Below, one piece after another: positions 49,895-64,000 of a stretch of DNA of 64,000 nucleotides. The stretch comes from Yuukianura sp. NJ FZ-2021 (lineage: Eukaryota), in the NCBI GenBank assembly GCA_046563655.1, contig CM102286.1, forward strand, positions 13,082,001-13,146,000, given 5' to 3'. Both the position numbers and the translations under genes were made by a program. Numbering within the stretch: position 1 is the stretch's first letter; each line of letters opens with the position of its first letter. Under the pieces are notes generated by a model. It searched no databases. It had not been told where the DNA came from and saw only the letters and a list, made by a program, of their open reading frames with translations.

Positions 49895-52800
49895 TGCTGC
49901 TCGTCATCTTCTTTGTTCCATTTTTTGAAAAAGGCGGCAAGAAAAAGCTAATGGTTTCCAGTTAGATCTGAAAGGCCCAAAAGAGAAAAAATTTCAAAAA
50001 TTTTAAAAACGCGGCGCTTTCGAGGAATGGAAAAAGAGAGAATTAGATGGAAAAGAGAAAGCACTCGCAGAGTTTTCAGCTTCTCCTAATGGGCTCCATA
50101 TTCATTTCTAGGTGAACAGAGTAAGACTGGAAGGTGTAGTTAGGTTAGTGAGGTTATCAGCGAACCTAACCTAAGCCTCTTCTATTCTACTACTGAAAGC
50201 ACTTGAAACCTAAACCTAACTTGAAGATGAAATCATTTCCTGCGAGAGGAGAGATACACGTCCGCAGAAGTTAGACGAGAGAAAAGCTTGAGTAGCAATT
50301 AGGAAAGTTCCGACATTTTCTCCAAAACTAGAAATGTTTTCACTGCTGTTTCTGTTCAAGCGCAACGGCAGCGGGTGAACTTCCCGCGCTTATTTTGTAC
50401 GCTTACGTTTCTTAAATTGTACAAGTTTTTGAAGAGGCTGGAAATTACTTTCACCAAACTCCCGCCTTTTCACGCCCATTCAGAAAAGACAATAAAAAAA
50501 CAAAGAGAAACTGAGTCCGTTTTATTTCGGAAACTTTTTTTGCCTATGACTTCTTGTCAGATCTTTTAGTTGCTGTCAGATAACCGAGAAAGGAATTTTC
50601 CGGCGCTGTGACACAATTTTTTCAAAAAACGAAAGTAAAAAAACATATTAAATTTGAACTTCCCGCTTTCACTTTTTTCCTTCATGTATGTCATTTATCT
50701 CCTTTATGGAAACACACCTTGACGGGAGCCCCTCTTTTGACACTAGGTTGAAGCGGAAACTTCGTTTTGCATCAACCCGAGTTTCTTCAGTAATGACTTT
50801 TTCGGTGGCAATTTTACCCTGATGCTGCTCCAGCGTTAAAGTAACACTGAAAAAGCAGTAGTTGGGACCCTGGAAGACGAAAACTGGCGTTCTACGTTTT
50901 GCGGAATAAGTTCCATGCTCCTTAGGGATGAAAATCCAATTTGAATATCTCACACCCTCTGAATCCAACGTTAGAGCATGCACAAAGCCAGAAAGAAAGC
51001 CTTAATGCTTTCCCCTTAATCAATCAAAGTCAAATGACACTAATTCTAGTCATGTTCCTCACTTAAGTCTTTTCCCACAAAACCAAATTTCCAAAATTTC
51101 AAAATTTTGGAAAAGTCTGCTAAACCATGAAGACACATATTTGATTCTGCTCTAATGAGAACGAATTGCAAATTACAAACTTCCCCCGATGCATTAGCCA
51201 ACTTAAAAGTTGACGACAGAAAGCACTTTAGTTTAAAAAACACAAAATTAGACAAAGTCATGAATCAAATTATAGACGCTTATTCTAAAATTCACTTTTT
51301 GGAAATTCTGAACTGTTGCAAATTCAAACTTTAAAAAAAATCTGAATTCTCCTTACAAAAATTTTATAATACAAAAATTATTTTAGGAAAAGCAGACTCG
51401 GTTGTATTTCGTACAATGCTATGTTAGCGGTCGAGGGCTGAAAATTAAAAGGAAAGGTCATTAGTATAATTTGAAAAGGTTGAAAATTTTCAAAATTTTG
51501 GCGCCACATTTCCGCTTTTTGAAAATGGAAATATTTTAGGTGGTAGAAGATTTAGCGTCCCTGTGTCATCTCTCCTTGTCATTTTCTTTTGTTGTTGGTC
51601 CAAGAGCCTTTTAATTGTTGTTGTTGCGAGTCATTAATTTCTGGTTGGCTGACAAGATTTATTTGTTGGAGTTCCTTGTCTGGACGGCGGCGCGCAATTT
51701 TCAAATAATACAAACCTTATCCAATCCAATCCTTCCACTTCCAAAATGTCTTTGGGTGTACTGTAGTGAGAAGTCTAAGGAGTTCCAGGATGGGTGAGAG
51801 ATAAATTGGCTGGGAGACTTTGGTTGTCTGCTAAGGTTTGTCCATAAGTGAAAGTAGAGAAAGCACGGCAGGGCGTCGGCAGGATGGGCCGTGAACGGAA
51901 ATATGAAGGGAGAATGACCAACGGAGGAACAGAAACAATAAATTAGCACTGGCCTAAACCGCCAGGAGTTCCTTCAATTCTGTTCCAGGAAAGCGGACCC
52001 CTTCAAAGGCTCTTCCACAAGAGTCCCCTTGAAGGTAAGTCCATTCCGGAAGTGTCCGTAAACCATTTGAGAACCAAGGAAATGGACTTGAACAGGGAAG
52101 ATTTTGGACGTGGGTCTTTGATTTTCCTCCCGCAGAGGTCCATTGTCATCCACGGTTAAGCAGTTTCAATGTGCTGGGTGTCCCCATTCGAATTGATTTA
52201 TTCTCTATACTTTCCGCTTCCGTCCACAAACTATGTTGGAACTACTGGAAATGCTATGGCGATTGGTGGGAGCCAATCCAGAAGGGAAGTGGTGGGCCCT
52301 TTGGCTACTTCACAGACTTACGACTGTAACAATAAAGTTTGGAGCCCTTTGGTGACATTGGACTTAGAGACCCTTGGCAATGGACTTGAACAGTTTCTGT
52401 TATACTTCGTTATTGCATTGACGGCCATTCCACTTTCATTTTCTGTCTCTTCCGTTACAATTGACGTGAACTTTCACTGCTTTCGGCACAGCAAAATAAA
52501 AGTTATTGCCTTGCTAGGCGCCTTTGAACGGTTTTTTGTTCAACTCTAAAATCCTCTAAAGCAAAATGATCAACACGATTTCGCCAAAGGAATAGACGTA
52601 ACTTTTAACTAACTTTACAAACTTAATGTACCTTTTATTTTTTACTGTTCTCGGCGTTTAATTTGTTGTTTTGGAACTTTTTTTTTAGTATAGCTTCTGC
52701 AATTCCTCGCTCGTTTCAATTGGTTGTGCTAGGAAAAAGAGTATTTTGTTTTGTTGTAAAAAAATTCATTTCACATTTTTTTTTACGTTTTGTTTATTTT

Positions 52801-55800
52801 TTGCTCTTGTTTTTTTTACTTTTGTTAACTATGTGAGTGGTCCACTCATTTGATCAACGTTTACCGGTTGGGGTTGACATATTTGTAGTTGGACATTTTG
52901 AGTCAAAAGTTGCAAAATGTTCTAAAAAAAAACTTGCATTGATGTTGCTACCATGTGTCACAGAAACTGGACCATCCGTTGTGTCCATTGGTTCCCATCA
53001 AAACACGAAGGAAACGTTAGAACTCGTTGTCCACGAAACTCAAAATGCTTTCTCCAGGCTCTTTTCCCTCTGGAATTAAATTTCAAAATACCCCGCCACC
53101 ACTTCCCACTGCCATTTCAAATATATTCCCATTTAATTACTAAATCTTTCCCGCTTTAATGCTTTTTCCTTCCTCTCTACCATAACTTAAACTCCCTTCA
53201 CTAAAAAAACTACTTTATAAAAACACACTTTTCTCCTCATGCCCTCCAACTCAAAAGCGAACTCTAAAATCCTTTTATAATCACAACTAATTTCACAAAA
53301 TTAATTCAAATTTTCATAGCCACTGGCAGGCCACTGAGGCTTTCAAAGATTTATTCACACTTTTTAAATTTACCCTCCAAAAACTTAATCTTTCTGGTTC
53401 TTCCCGCCGTTAAACTTAACTCTGTACATATTTTTGGTAAGGGTTGTATGATCCATTTAGTATTTGAAAATTTTCGCTTCTCCAGTTTTTGTTCTAAAGT
53501 ACTAAATTACATTTTGAGTTTAGTTCCTTAATATTTCCTGGAACTTATCCACCCATAACTGTTTTTATTTTGGAGCAAAAGCGTTTTCGGTCATTTTTTC
53601 TTCTTTCCAGGAAGATCCATTCCGTCGTAATTCCTAGGCTCGTTTCTAGCGTGGCCTGAGAACCATGATTCATTGCCTGTCCAAAATTACTTACGAACTG
53701 CACACAAATTCTTCCTAAAGAAGGAACAAGAAAACGCGCGAAGCAACAAAAAAGATGCTCGTGTTGTTCACTTTTACTTTTACAGAAGAGAAAGTGTTAA
53801 GCGACCATTTTTCATTCCGGTGTTTACTAAACATAAAAAGTACGATAAGAAAACATGAAAAATTTGAAAAAACAAGGAACATTAAACTTGGTTTATCCTT
53901 GGCAATAATTGGTTCAAATGACCCACATTCTAACTTTCACTAAACTAATTTAACTCACATATCTTAACATTAGTTAAACTAGTTATCCCAATAGGCTACT
54001 TTCCATTAAGCAGACTAAGTTATAGTCTATAACCAAAAGACTATAAGTGATAGGCTTTTCTCTTTGTGAGTTTGAAATGAAGTGAAAGTGGGTTTCTCAA
54101 GAACTTTTAATCTTGACTGGTCTGACTGCCAGACTTAAATAAAATACTGCGGTTTTAATTATTCAGGGATCAAAGTTGTAAGTTAAAGTGCAGGAGAAAG
54201 CTAAAACGTGGTTTTAGTTCCTGTGTGGCTTTTCAGACTTTGGGTTGCAACCTACTTTGTTTCAATTAAAGTTTAGAAAGGAAAATTAAAATTTTATGTC
54301 ATCATTTCCTTTGTCTGCAATAATTCTAATTTGTTGCCAGTTTTGAACTGAGTGCTGAGATGCTCTTAAAATCTAAAGTCTGAATTATTATGAGTTTCAA
54401 TCCAAACAAAATATTTTGAAGTTTGCCAAAATTCTAGAAATATTTTGTCTTTACAGTTCTCACTGTCACAGCATTTGCCATTGTACGGGCAATAATGACG
54501 ATCTCCAAAAAAAAAAACTATGTAAATTGTGTAAATTTTTTTTAACGGTTATTCGGAACATTGAAATGCTAGTACAACTTTATCAGTACAATATTTGAGC
54601 ATTTGTTCTAAAAAAATAGTTTTATTTCAAAATTCAACTCTTTCAAATTTCTAAAATCGTTCTAAAATTTTACTTTGAATTTTTGCTAGCGTTGTGAAGA
54701 ACCCTTGGTGACTGACGTTGACTTTACACTTGAAACGCATGAACGTAACACGAGACACAATTGAAGCGAGAACGGAACGGTTTACTTTTTGAAGGAAACC
54801 AACTTTCACTCAAACCTTTTCACTTCTTTTTGTGTTCAACTTTTTTTCTTCTTGAAGTTTTACAAATACTTAGGTTTTTCTGCTTGTTTTTTTTTCTCGC
54901 TCCAAATTCTATCAAGAAGCGTCAAAGCAAAACAACCAAAGCTAATTGCTACTTACTACTTTCAAGTTTCACCAAAAATCGGCTTTCTCAGAACATCCTC
55001 TACTTTGATTTTGGGCTTCTGTTTCTTTTGAAGTGAAATAAAACAGCCACCGCCGAGTTGTAAACTCACAAATTAGCTTAATTAATTGGAAACACTTTTC
55101 TTTTGCATCGAAACACAATTATTTGGCTTCCTCTAAATCTCTTCCGAAACGTTCAAAAGTTCAAACAGAGCTTCAGGGTGCTTGTGATTGGAAAGACCAG
55201 AAGCAAACCATCGGAAGCTGCACAATTCCGTTTAACAACAATATAGCTTCAGAACATTGTTTCTGCTTCAAGTGTTTGCTTTTGAACAAAATTAAACAAA
55301 ACTGCTAGAAAATTCATAAGAAAAATGAAAAAAACTGTAAGGAAACTTTGCGGATACCAACTTTATGAAACTGCCGAAAAAATTAAAAAATAGCAGAAGG
55401 AAATTAAAGAATGCAGTCAAAATTTAGACAAAAAAATGAAGGAAAATGATTATTCTGCTTCACAACAAACACTTCAAAAAATCGGCATGCAAAAAAAAAT
55501 TTTTTTTTGACGTGCCGTTGCACATTATTACTCAAGTTTCGTTCCTTTTGAGCATGAACCATATGAAAAAGCTTTTCAAAATTTTATTGAACTTTTTCTA
55601 CATTTTATTGCACAGAGAGACTGCACAGGGAGTATGAAAGTCTTCTGTGATTATTTCTGAGATAACTTTCACCCTATTGCCTTTGTTATAATTTTGACTC
55701 AAGTTAGGCACATAACTGTAAGGATGAACTTTTTTTTAACTTTCCCACTGCATATGAGACATAGATCATATTTATATTTTTCCCAAGAGTGCGTTTGGCA

Positions 55801-58800
55801 TCACAGGCTTCTTCTATGTCCTTCAATAGTTAAGTTATGTGAGCCAAAGGATTTGGATCTTCGGAGATCTAAAATCTTTTGGCATCTTTGGTCTTTATTA
55901 CCACGGGGAGGAAGGGATATAGAAAAGAGCAGGAAAAGTTTAGAATTTTTGAACAATAGATTCAAGACGTCCTTCGAGTCATTTATCACATGGATCCTCT
56001 TCTGTACAATCTTAGAAACACTTGGAATATAAATTTGAAGAATTCGGGAATCGTGAGACAAGGTAGAAAAAATTCTCAAGTTTTTGTTTTTTCTAAGAAA
56101 AAAAGTAATGAAAAACAAGCAAATGAAATTGTAGCTTGGAGGCAGCAGGCAAAACAGAAGAACTCGTTCAAGAAGAGTATCAAATTAAGTTTTTTCTAAA
56201 AACAAAGACGCTTCATTTCCGTTTCCATTTTTGGACTTTCACTCGAAAATTTCTCAGAATTTTTTCAAAACTCAACAAAAATATAAACCACTTTTAAATA
56301 GCTGCTTGAGGAAACTTGAAATACTTTGCTTTTTAAGTTCCATGAAAAACAATTACGCATTTTACTGCAAAAACTGCTGTTTGTTTTCATTATTTTTTAC
56401 GAACTGAAAGTTTATGTTAAAAAAAGTCACCGTTTTTACTTACAGAAGAAAGTTGGCCAAAGATTTCCGTTTTCAGATTCTGAGTTTCAGTAATGAGAAA
56501 AATTAAAAAAAAAACTTTTTGTAAAATTTTTAGAAAAGTTGAAAACCATCAAAAACTTCACAAAAGTCGTGTTACACTTCCACAATTCCACATTTGTAGA
56601 ACTTTTTTTTTTAGTTTTTCAGGTTTTTGATTCAACGTTGTGCTCATCTTACTCCGAGTTGTAGGAATTCCTTCGTGTTTTTGAGGCAGGAGAAAGCATT
56701 GCTTTCTCCATTGTCCTAGATCCTTAATTACAACTTTTGCTTCTAGTTTTACTAATTAATAAATCTCCAGCAGCGAAGTACAGCGAAAGCATGGAACAAG
56801 GAAATTCTTGTAGGCGGGAGAGGTCAAAGGTTAGGTGAAAATTTTGTTAGGTAATAAATGCTCATCTTACCGTGAGAAACTCGGAGTTTTTTAGTTGATT
56901 ATGTTTACTTTGGTGCTGTCGGAGTTTGAAGTTTGGCGGTGGTTGATGCTGATAATGAAGGTTGAGAAGTGGTTGAATACTTGAACAGAACCAAGCAAAC
57001 TTCCGATAATTTTTACTGTATGCTGTAGTAATGGAACGTAACTTTGTTAGTAGTTCAAGTTATGCTAGGCTAGGTTTTTAGCGTTTTTGAAATTTTCGGT
57101 GCTCGAGGAACGTTTTTCGACCATCAGCTCAAACTAGGATCATCAATCAATGGTGATTACCCACAGCACTTTTGTTTTTTGAGTTGGTTTTCATGTCCAT
57201 CGAACGGTTGAGGTTTTTGCGTGGGAGTGACAGAAAGTTCTAAAAGTGTGGCTAGAATTTTGAGTTTTTCAAGAAAGTGTCACCCAGTTTTTGCGAAGTG
57301 TGGGCAAAAATTTTTTCCGCACGACTTGCCAATTGGTACTTGAAAGAAAGATGACCTCTATACTTTCTCCACTGTCACAAAAAGTAGCTTCGCTTTGGAT
57401 AAGTTCAAGTCACACGAAGAAAGTTCACGCTGAATGACCTCTCGTCTTTTATTTACTTTCTCCAAAAAGTGAAGACGAAATTTTTTTGGTTCATTTTTAG
57501 CAAAGCAGGGAAAAATTCCATAGGCTATCCACTTTTATTTGTTTTCCAAACTAACCCAAAAAATATGAGACCAAATTGAAGAAATTGTGTTAATTCAATT
57601 CTTGGTCAGAACAAACTGAAACTTGTTTTTTTTCTGAAATTGAAGCTGACTTGGAATTTTGCTCTTCTTTCGTGTAGAACAGACGAGGAAAGACTACAAG
57701 CGTCTAGTATTACTCCAACTGAACTTATACAATACTTTAGCACAGGAAAGAGGAACGGTGGCAGAGGAGCAAAAAGAAAATTCATCTTCACATTTTCAGC
57801 GTCGAACGCTTGCGCTCTGTTAAAAAAAAGCTTCCGGAACCCGCTGCTTTTCAAACTTGTTCAAACCGCAATTTTTACGTTCAAAGTTTTCATTCAGTTT
57901 CTACAAAAAGCTCAATTTTTTTTTCGAAAAAATTCACCTCGTAAAAAAGTCATCAAAGCGTGCATTTTTAACTCAATTTGTCAGAAATCAAAAAAATTGG
58001 AGAAACGCTCATGTCAAAATTTGAACGATTTAACCATTGACTTTTTCATGTCACATTTCCAATTTTTTGAAAAAAAAATTATGACTCAGGCGTGAACGTG
58101 TGACGAAACGTAAAGGAACGATGTATGTAATAAATTTGAAGAGAAAGTTGGATGCGTTGAAGTGCAAAGTGCAAGAAGGGAGTGGAGCAAGGGTAAAAGG
58201 ATTTTCTGGCTCTAAAAATAAATAGTATTAGGAATTCGTATTCAAAAACCGTCTGGAAGCCAATTTTTGCTGTCATTCCTGGCTTATTTTTTTCTTTACT
58301 AAAAAGAAAGTGCGGGAGAAAGCCGTCTTTTTTGAAATGTTTGAAGATGAGAGTTTTCCTTGCCTCTTCTGAATTCAAAACTACTGTCAGCATCATTCAA
58401 GTATTTGTGGAAACAGCGGAAGACACGACCTGTCACTCACTCAGAACTTCACAAGTAGCAACACCGAGGAAGAAAATCATTGTCGAGAGGGATAGGGCTA
58501 AGTTGGCGGCAGAGTTCGGCATTTTACGGTTTCCGCTTTTAGGAGCGGCCGCTCCTTCAATAAAGAGCTTTTTGTTGAAGGAGCGGCAGCAGAACAACGG
58601 CTGTTTCAAACTAACGTAAAAGTGGACCAGTTTCCCCACGAAAACCTAAAGCATACCTAACGCTGTGCTTAAAACAAAAGAGCGGCAAAACATTTAACAA
58701 AAAAAAAAGGTTTAAAAATAGCGCCATAAAAGTGGATGGGGGTATCTCAAGTGATGTTTAAAAATGGGAGCGTGCAACTCAAATATACGCCGAAAAAATT

Positions 58801-59968
58801 TCAGAAGTGTCTTGTATGCGTAACGTGTAAAGAGCGAAAAATCGTGATTCGACCAAAAAAAAACAAGAAGATTTTTTTGTTTCCTGGATGGAGCGGGAGC
58901 GGGAGCGGAGGAAAAGTGACGAACTCTGGGTTGGCGGGAATATTATAAATTCTTTTCTTTTTCAGTTTTTACTTTTTGAACTACTATTCAAAAATGTATA
59001 TATAAAAAAGTTTGTGCCGTTTGGATTCTTTGAATTTCTACTTTGAAAATCCTAAGCGTGCTAAACTCCAAACGATTTTTCTAACACGAGTTTTCCCCTA
59101 AACGAGAAATGCTGAATGTTAAATTCAAAGGAACGGAAATTACATGACACGCATAGATGCTTAAACTAAAACTTTTTCCAGTTCGTTTTTTCATTTCTTC
59201 TTTTGTACAACAAAACCTATAGTGTAGTAATTGAAAATCAATTTCTCCCGGAAATTATGAGACATACAAGCAGGAAATTGTTGTCGGAGCTGAACAGTTT
59301 GTTTAGAAATTTTTTGAAAAGAAAAGCTAACAGTATGAAAAGTGCAATAAAATAAAAAATTGCAACCTTCCAGCTCAAAGAATTTGGAGAATAGGGCGTC
59401 ACGTTTCATTCACTTTTCTTTTACACAACAACATGACACAATACCACCACCTACTTATTTTTCAAAATGCTCTTTTTTTCAAAATTCTTTCAAAAGTTAG
59501 TGTTAGTATGTAAAAGCAAACAGCCCATTTTGCAACAAAAGTAAACCTGCTTATTTTCATGCTTTTTGAAAAATAAGGTAACCAGTATAATCAAAGTGTT
59601 GAAACAGTTGGATAAATCCTGCATTCCTTCAGGCCTCCAAAAATAAACGGGGAAAATAACAGTTATGCTTAAGTTGTGTTACAACTGTTTGTCGTTTAAG
59701 CTTGAAATGAGGTGCGCCAAATGTTGGGATTGAGGTAAATTTAGAAGAAAAGCGGCTGGAAATTATGGTTTTTAGCTGAGTAAATTCAATTGGCACACAA
59801 AAGTCACACTTCAGAAAATCCTAATCCCGGTATTTACTGTGTACTTAACAAACAACTCGGTGCTGATCGAATAAGTGCTAAGGCTTCATGCTACAAACTA
59901 CTATAAAATGAGGACTGTTTTAGTCAATTGCTTCGGAAAGTGAAAAATACAGCCAATTTTACAATCTG

Positions 59969-60014
59969 TCCAATTTGACGAACTGGTATTTTCCAATTTG
60001 ACGAACTGGTATTT
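59969..60014. repeat. Perfect 23-bp tandem duplication
   Basis: TCCAATTTGACGAACTGGTATTT x2. Confidence 0.9.
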
Positions 60015-63000
60015 TGTTGTCAACTTTTCTAATGTTAGAAAAGCAGAAATTTGAGCACCGTTGAAGGGCATCACTCAACTTGTTCAACAACCATTGACTC
60101 CTTTTACAGCTTTTTTTTTTGTTGAGTCGAAACGATTACATCAATTTCCAAGCCTCTTTCACTTTACTTCAAAATTTCTTCCCAAACTTTGAAAAAATAA
60201 TTTACAAAAAAAAAATTCTTTACTTTTTTTTTAATTGAAATGGTTGAATTTCCTAAAGTGAAATGTTGGAAATTGACATTGAGCAAATGCAGATTCTTTA
60301 GAAATTTAGCAAGAAAGAGAATCGTGTGGAGGGAAAGTTTAAAAAAGAAAGTTTGAACATGAACACTTGTTTCGTTTCCGTGTTTCAACTTCTTACAACC
60401 GCCGCCACCACAACCGAACTAACTTAACTTTCACATCAGCCTAACATTTTCCCGCTTTTCTCTTGAAAAGTAAAGCCTTTAGTCGTTTTCCAGCCTAAGA
60501 CTCTGGACTTTCACCCTCCAGATACACAGTTTTTGCGTTTCCAGGAATCTTAAGAATGACTTTCACACCAAAACGGCTTTTGTTCTGCCGCCGACTTTCA
60601 AGGGAAAGAGAGACTTAGGTTCTAATTTGTAGTGGCAAAGCTCCTTACTCACTTAACTTAATTTCGAGGAAAGCCGGAGGGCTTTTTAACAGCCAAACTG
60701 CTGAAAACCGCGCCAAAATATCCAAGGAGTTTGAAAACCGCGCCAAAATCTGCGAAGATTCGAACTCAAGCATTTTTAGAACCTTAAGCTTTGTGCATTG
60801 TTAGCCGTCTATTGTACTTCAAGCAGACGAACTTATCATACGTTTGTCTAACCATTTTTGGTGGGAAATTCAAAAAGATTAGCAAATTTTGCGGATCGAG
60901 GACTATAGGAGTCCAGTATTTGTGCCACCATGTCAGGATTTCTCAGTGCTCATAACACTTAATGTTAATCATGTTCTCGAATCTGAACTTTCTTTACCGC
61001 AGGAGACTTCTACTGGAAGAAGATCTGAAGTTAAGGATAGCAAAGTTTAAGTTAAGGACGGGCGCTTACAGTTTTACGTTAATAAGATCCTGAGGGGAAA
61101 GCATTTCCGTCGACATCCAAAATCATGGGAGTACAATCTTTTTGCAGCAAAAGAGAAAGTTGCATTCATTAAAACAAAAGACTCTTGGTCGGGCTCAAAG
61201 ATCATAAGATCTTGTATAAAGTAAAGTTAAAATATATGCAAAGTCACACACTTTTGTGTAAAATAAGTTCCAAAATATTTACCAAGAAAATGTAAACACC
61301 TCGAGAGAAAGTACACTTTAATTACCATTAGCGCAAACATTAACTCTGAAAAAGTAAATTTTTTGAGAGAGAAAGTTATGCTTAAATTTTCAAAAGTATG
61401 CGTTCTGTATGACGCAAACCGGTTTTTTATTTCCAGAAAACGATTATTCTGTAACTGTTTAACAATCTGAAATTTAAAGTTTAAGTAAGTCACGTGCTTT
61501 TTTCAAAGCTTTTTCTTCATTTCTTTTTTAGGAATGGACACACTTGGGACCAGTTGCACTTTTGATAATAGAATTTCAAGAAAAGCGATTTCGTCTAATA
61601 CAAATGAGTCTCAGAGGACTTGTAGTCCATTAGAACTTTATTTCACTCGAATTCGATTTAAGAAAACTTTAGAAAAGATTCAGTAGGTACAACCTACACG
61701 ACTTTCTCCAATTTCTTCTTTGCTTTCGAATTTTCTAAATTTCGTTTCAAAATTTCCCCAACTGTAGAACAATTTTGGTATTTGGAACTCCAGGGAAATC
61801 ATAATTGGCTTTTGCCAAAAGTTTTTGAAACCCTGTTATTTCCAAAATCTCCAACTTTAACTTTGTCTACACGACCAAATTAATTTGTAAAGTTAGGGAA
61901 ATATTGAGACTCTCGAGTGAGTTCTCGGAAAGTTAGCAACTTTCACTTTGCTATGCGAAACTCTCTAATCTTTAAAATCAGAACCACATCCTGCTCAAAA
62001 GTGAGTAGCACATGCAGAATAATTAAAATCATCATCACCATTCACAATCTAGGATTTGAGTCCACTAAGGGCTCAAATTACTTAACTATTAGTTTGGTTA
62101 GTGCAGATTCGGAAGCATTAGGACATAACCTGTTTCAGAATACTGGCGGAAGTATCGGGATACTTTGGCGGGAAGTTGGTTTTGGCGGGTAATGATCATG
62201 GAAGGAAGTGAGACCAGGTTTCTGGTTTTAATTGTCCAGGAAATAATGAACATTAACATTGGAAATGGGTCCATAAACATCTACGGAAATGTTAGAGAAA
62301 GTTTGAAAAACAGGAAACAACAGCTAGAATTAGGTTATAAAGTAAGGTTAGGTAAGTTTAACTTAGGGTTTTGGTTAAGAGGAAACTGCAGATGAAAAGT
62401 TGTGGTGAAAGAGTCATTAGTATTTACGGTTTATTACAATTTTTGGGTTCTGTTTGTTCCAGAACGTAAATTTTCGAGGAGAAAGCGGTGACAGACTTTT
62501 GGGGTTCGGTGGCGGGTATTTGTGGAGCCTTTTGTGTCCCTGCTGTGTTTTATCCTCAAACTTTTTCAAACTTAAGGGCTCCTAATGCATGTCATCTATC
62601 AACGCTTCTTGTAAGGATTTAATACCACCACTACCGACCAACCACCTTTACCATCATCAAGTACAAAAGAAAAGGCTTAGATGCTAGGAATACTGGTGCT
62701 GGAGCGCTGGAAGACGCAAAATCGCTGGATTCCTCCAGCTCCATTTCCGTTTCAATGCTGGCCAGATGAATTTTGCCAAAGTTTACCTCAACAACGCTTG
62801 ACTCGATGCCAAAAACGTTGGACTTGGAGAAAAAATTCAATGAAAAAAAAACTAGTAGAAGAAGTAGAGGATTTTATTTTTCGAGGTGGGATTAGTTTTG
62901 GTTTTTTAGTGGAAAGAAGTTCGTTTTTTGAAAAGCTTTTGTTACGAAGTGGAACTCAATTTTTGTTCAATTTTTTTTTCGACTTGTCGAAATTTTTCTA

Positions 63001-63892
63001 AAGTCTCCCTACCATATCACTTTTCCATTTTTTGGTTCATTTGTTATAAACTAGTGACCAGAAATATGATAGCCTGGTTCTGACATTCTCATTTTTTCTA
63101 TTCTTTGTTTTATAAATTCCGCTTTAGATTCTTTCTTGTTTTCAATGCGAAACTAAAATTCTTCACAAAAAAAAGTTGAGAGCTTTTGGGTGAAAGTGAA
63201 AGTTGTGGATAAATGACATTTCATCGAATCCTATGCAGAGTCCAGTCCAACCTTGTGAAATACTTTGGTAGAACTTAAGTAGTCAGGCTATTAGTTAGTT
63301 ATCTGTGCAAATAAACAATATAAGTGTTTTATAGTCATTACTATTAGTTGATGGAATTGATAATTAAAATTAGGGTAATTGATTTGATCAAGTTTATCGA
63401 ATGACGATTACGCTCCATCTAGTGAAAATAAAGTGGAAACCAACCCAATTTTTTATACGCGGGAAAAAAAATTTAGATTTGAATAGAAAACTTTTTGTTT
63501 TGTTTGTTGATTGTCAAAATGTTTGGATTTTTTAAGTGGAGATTTTCAAACAGCTGTTTTCGACGATTTTTAATCAATTTGTAGAACTGAATTGTTAGTC
63601 TACCTAATTAATTTATCGTGTGAACGGTATACTGCATCGGTAGGAAGGTGGTTTCAAAGATTTCTCACTCCGGCTCGCGCATCAACGAAACTGCAATACA
63701 GACTGAACGGGAACCACGATCGATTACTGAATTCCGCGGAAGGTAAGATGTAATTTCTGTATTTGTAGACTTAGTTTAGCATGAAATTGGCACTGCCATT
63801 GAAATGAAAGCCAGTAGAAATCCTTGCTTCGTCAATTCGTTTGAATGACACCGTTCATCCAGAGTTCGGCACTTCTGCTGCGCTCCCAAACA

Positions 63893-63980
63893 CGCGATCC
63901 CCGATCTTCTGGCCTTACCCCGCGATCTTACCCTCTGCGATCCCCGATCTTTGAGCCTACCCCGCGATCTGACCCGATCC
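63893..63980. repeat. GC-rich degenerate tandem repeat with a CGATC core, near the window edge
   Basis: GCGATCCCCGATCTT...CCT(T)ACCCCGCGATCT is repeated twice, with additional CGATC cores. Confidence 0.6.
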
Positions 63981-64000
63981 AGTCAGGGGAGAGAAGGATC

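Noticed and set aside
50000..63600. Short ORFs such as 52169-52549, 57640-58095 and 62098-62280
   Set aside because: No protein-like motifs. Isolated minus-strand splice signals (e.g. donor at 52321) are better explained as possible dpr 5' UTR exons and cannot be verified.

Overview
Eukaryotic genomic DNA with GT-AG spliceosomal introns and no prokaryotic operon structure. Gene content (dpr Ig gene, CYP2-clan P450s, N-terminal F-box/LRR gene, short 60-90 nt introns, TTAGG-like tracts) points to an arthropod; a springtail (Collembola) is my inference, not demonstrated. Ten protein-coding genes were reconstructed by hand with consistent exon phases. A compact cluster at 1-8.7 kb holds a putative mitochondrial inner-membrane protein, EXOSC2/Rrp4, a SERF-family gene, an F-box/LRR gene and TNFAIP8/sigmar. 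Then come a secreted ricin-B (QxW) lectin-like gene that the ORF track misses (12.3-13.0 kb), an acidic secreted/GPI-type orphan (15.4-15.9 kb), two tandem P450s (24.1-29.4 kb) and a large-intron dpr-family gene (31.1-49.9 kb) with a 494-bp foldback transposon in one intron. The most notable observation is that both P450s are intact but lack the I-helix acid-alcohol pair (AGxET replaced by TGVGV/TGVSV), suggesting non-canonical chemistry. Their heme-binding exon is also nearly identical between paralogs while other exons have diverged. The regions 16-24 kb and 50-64 kb look essentially non-coding. No database searches were run.
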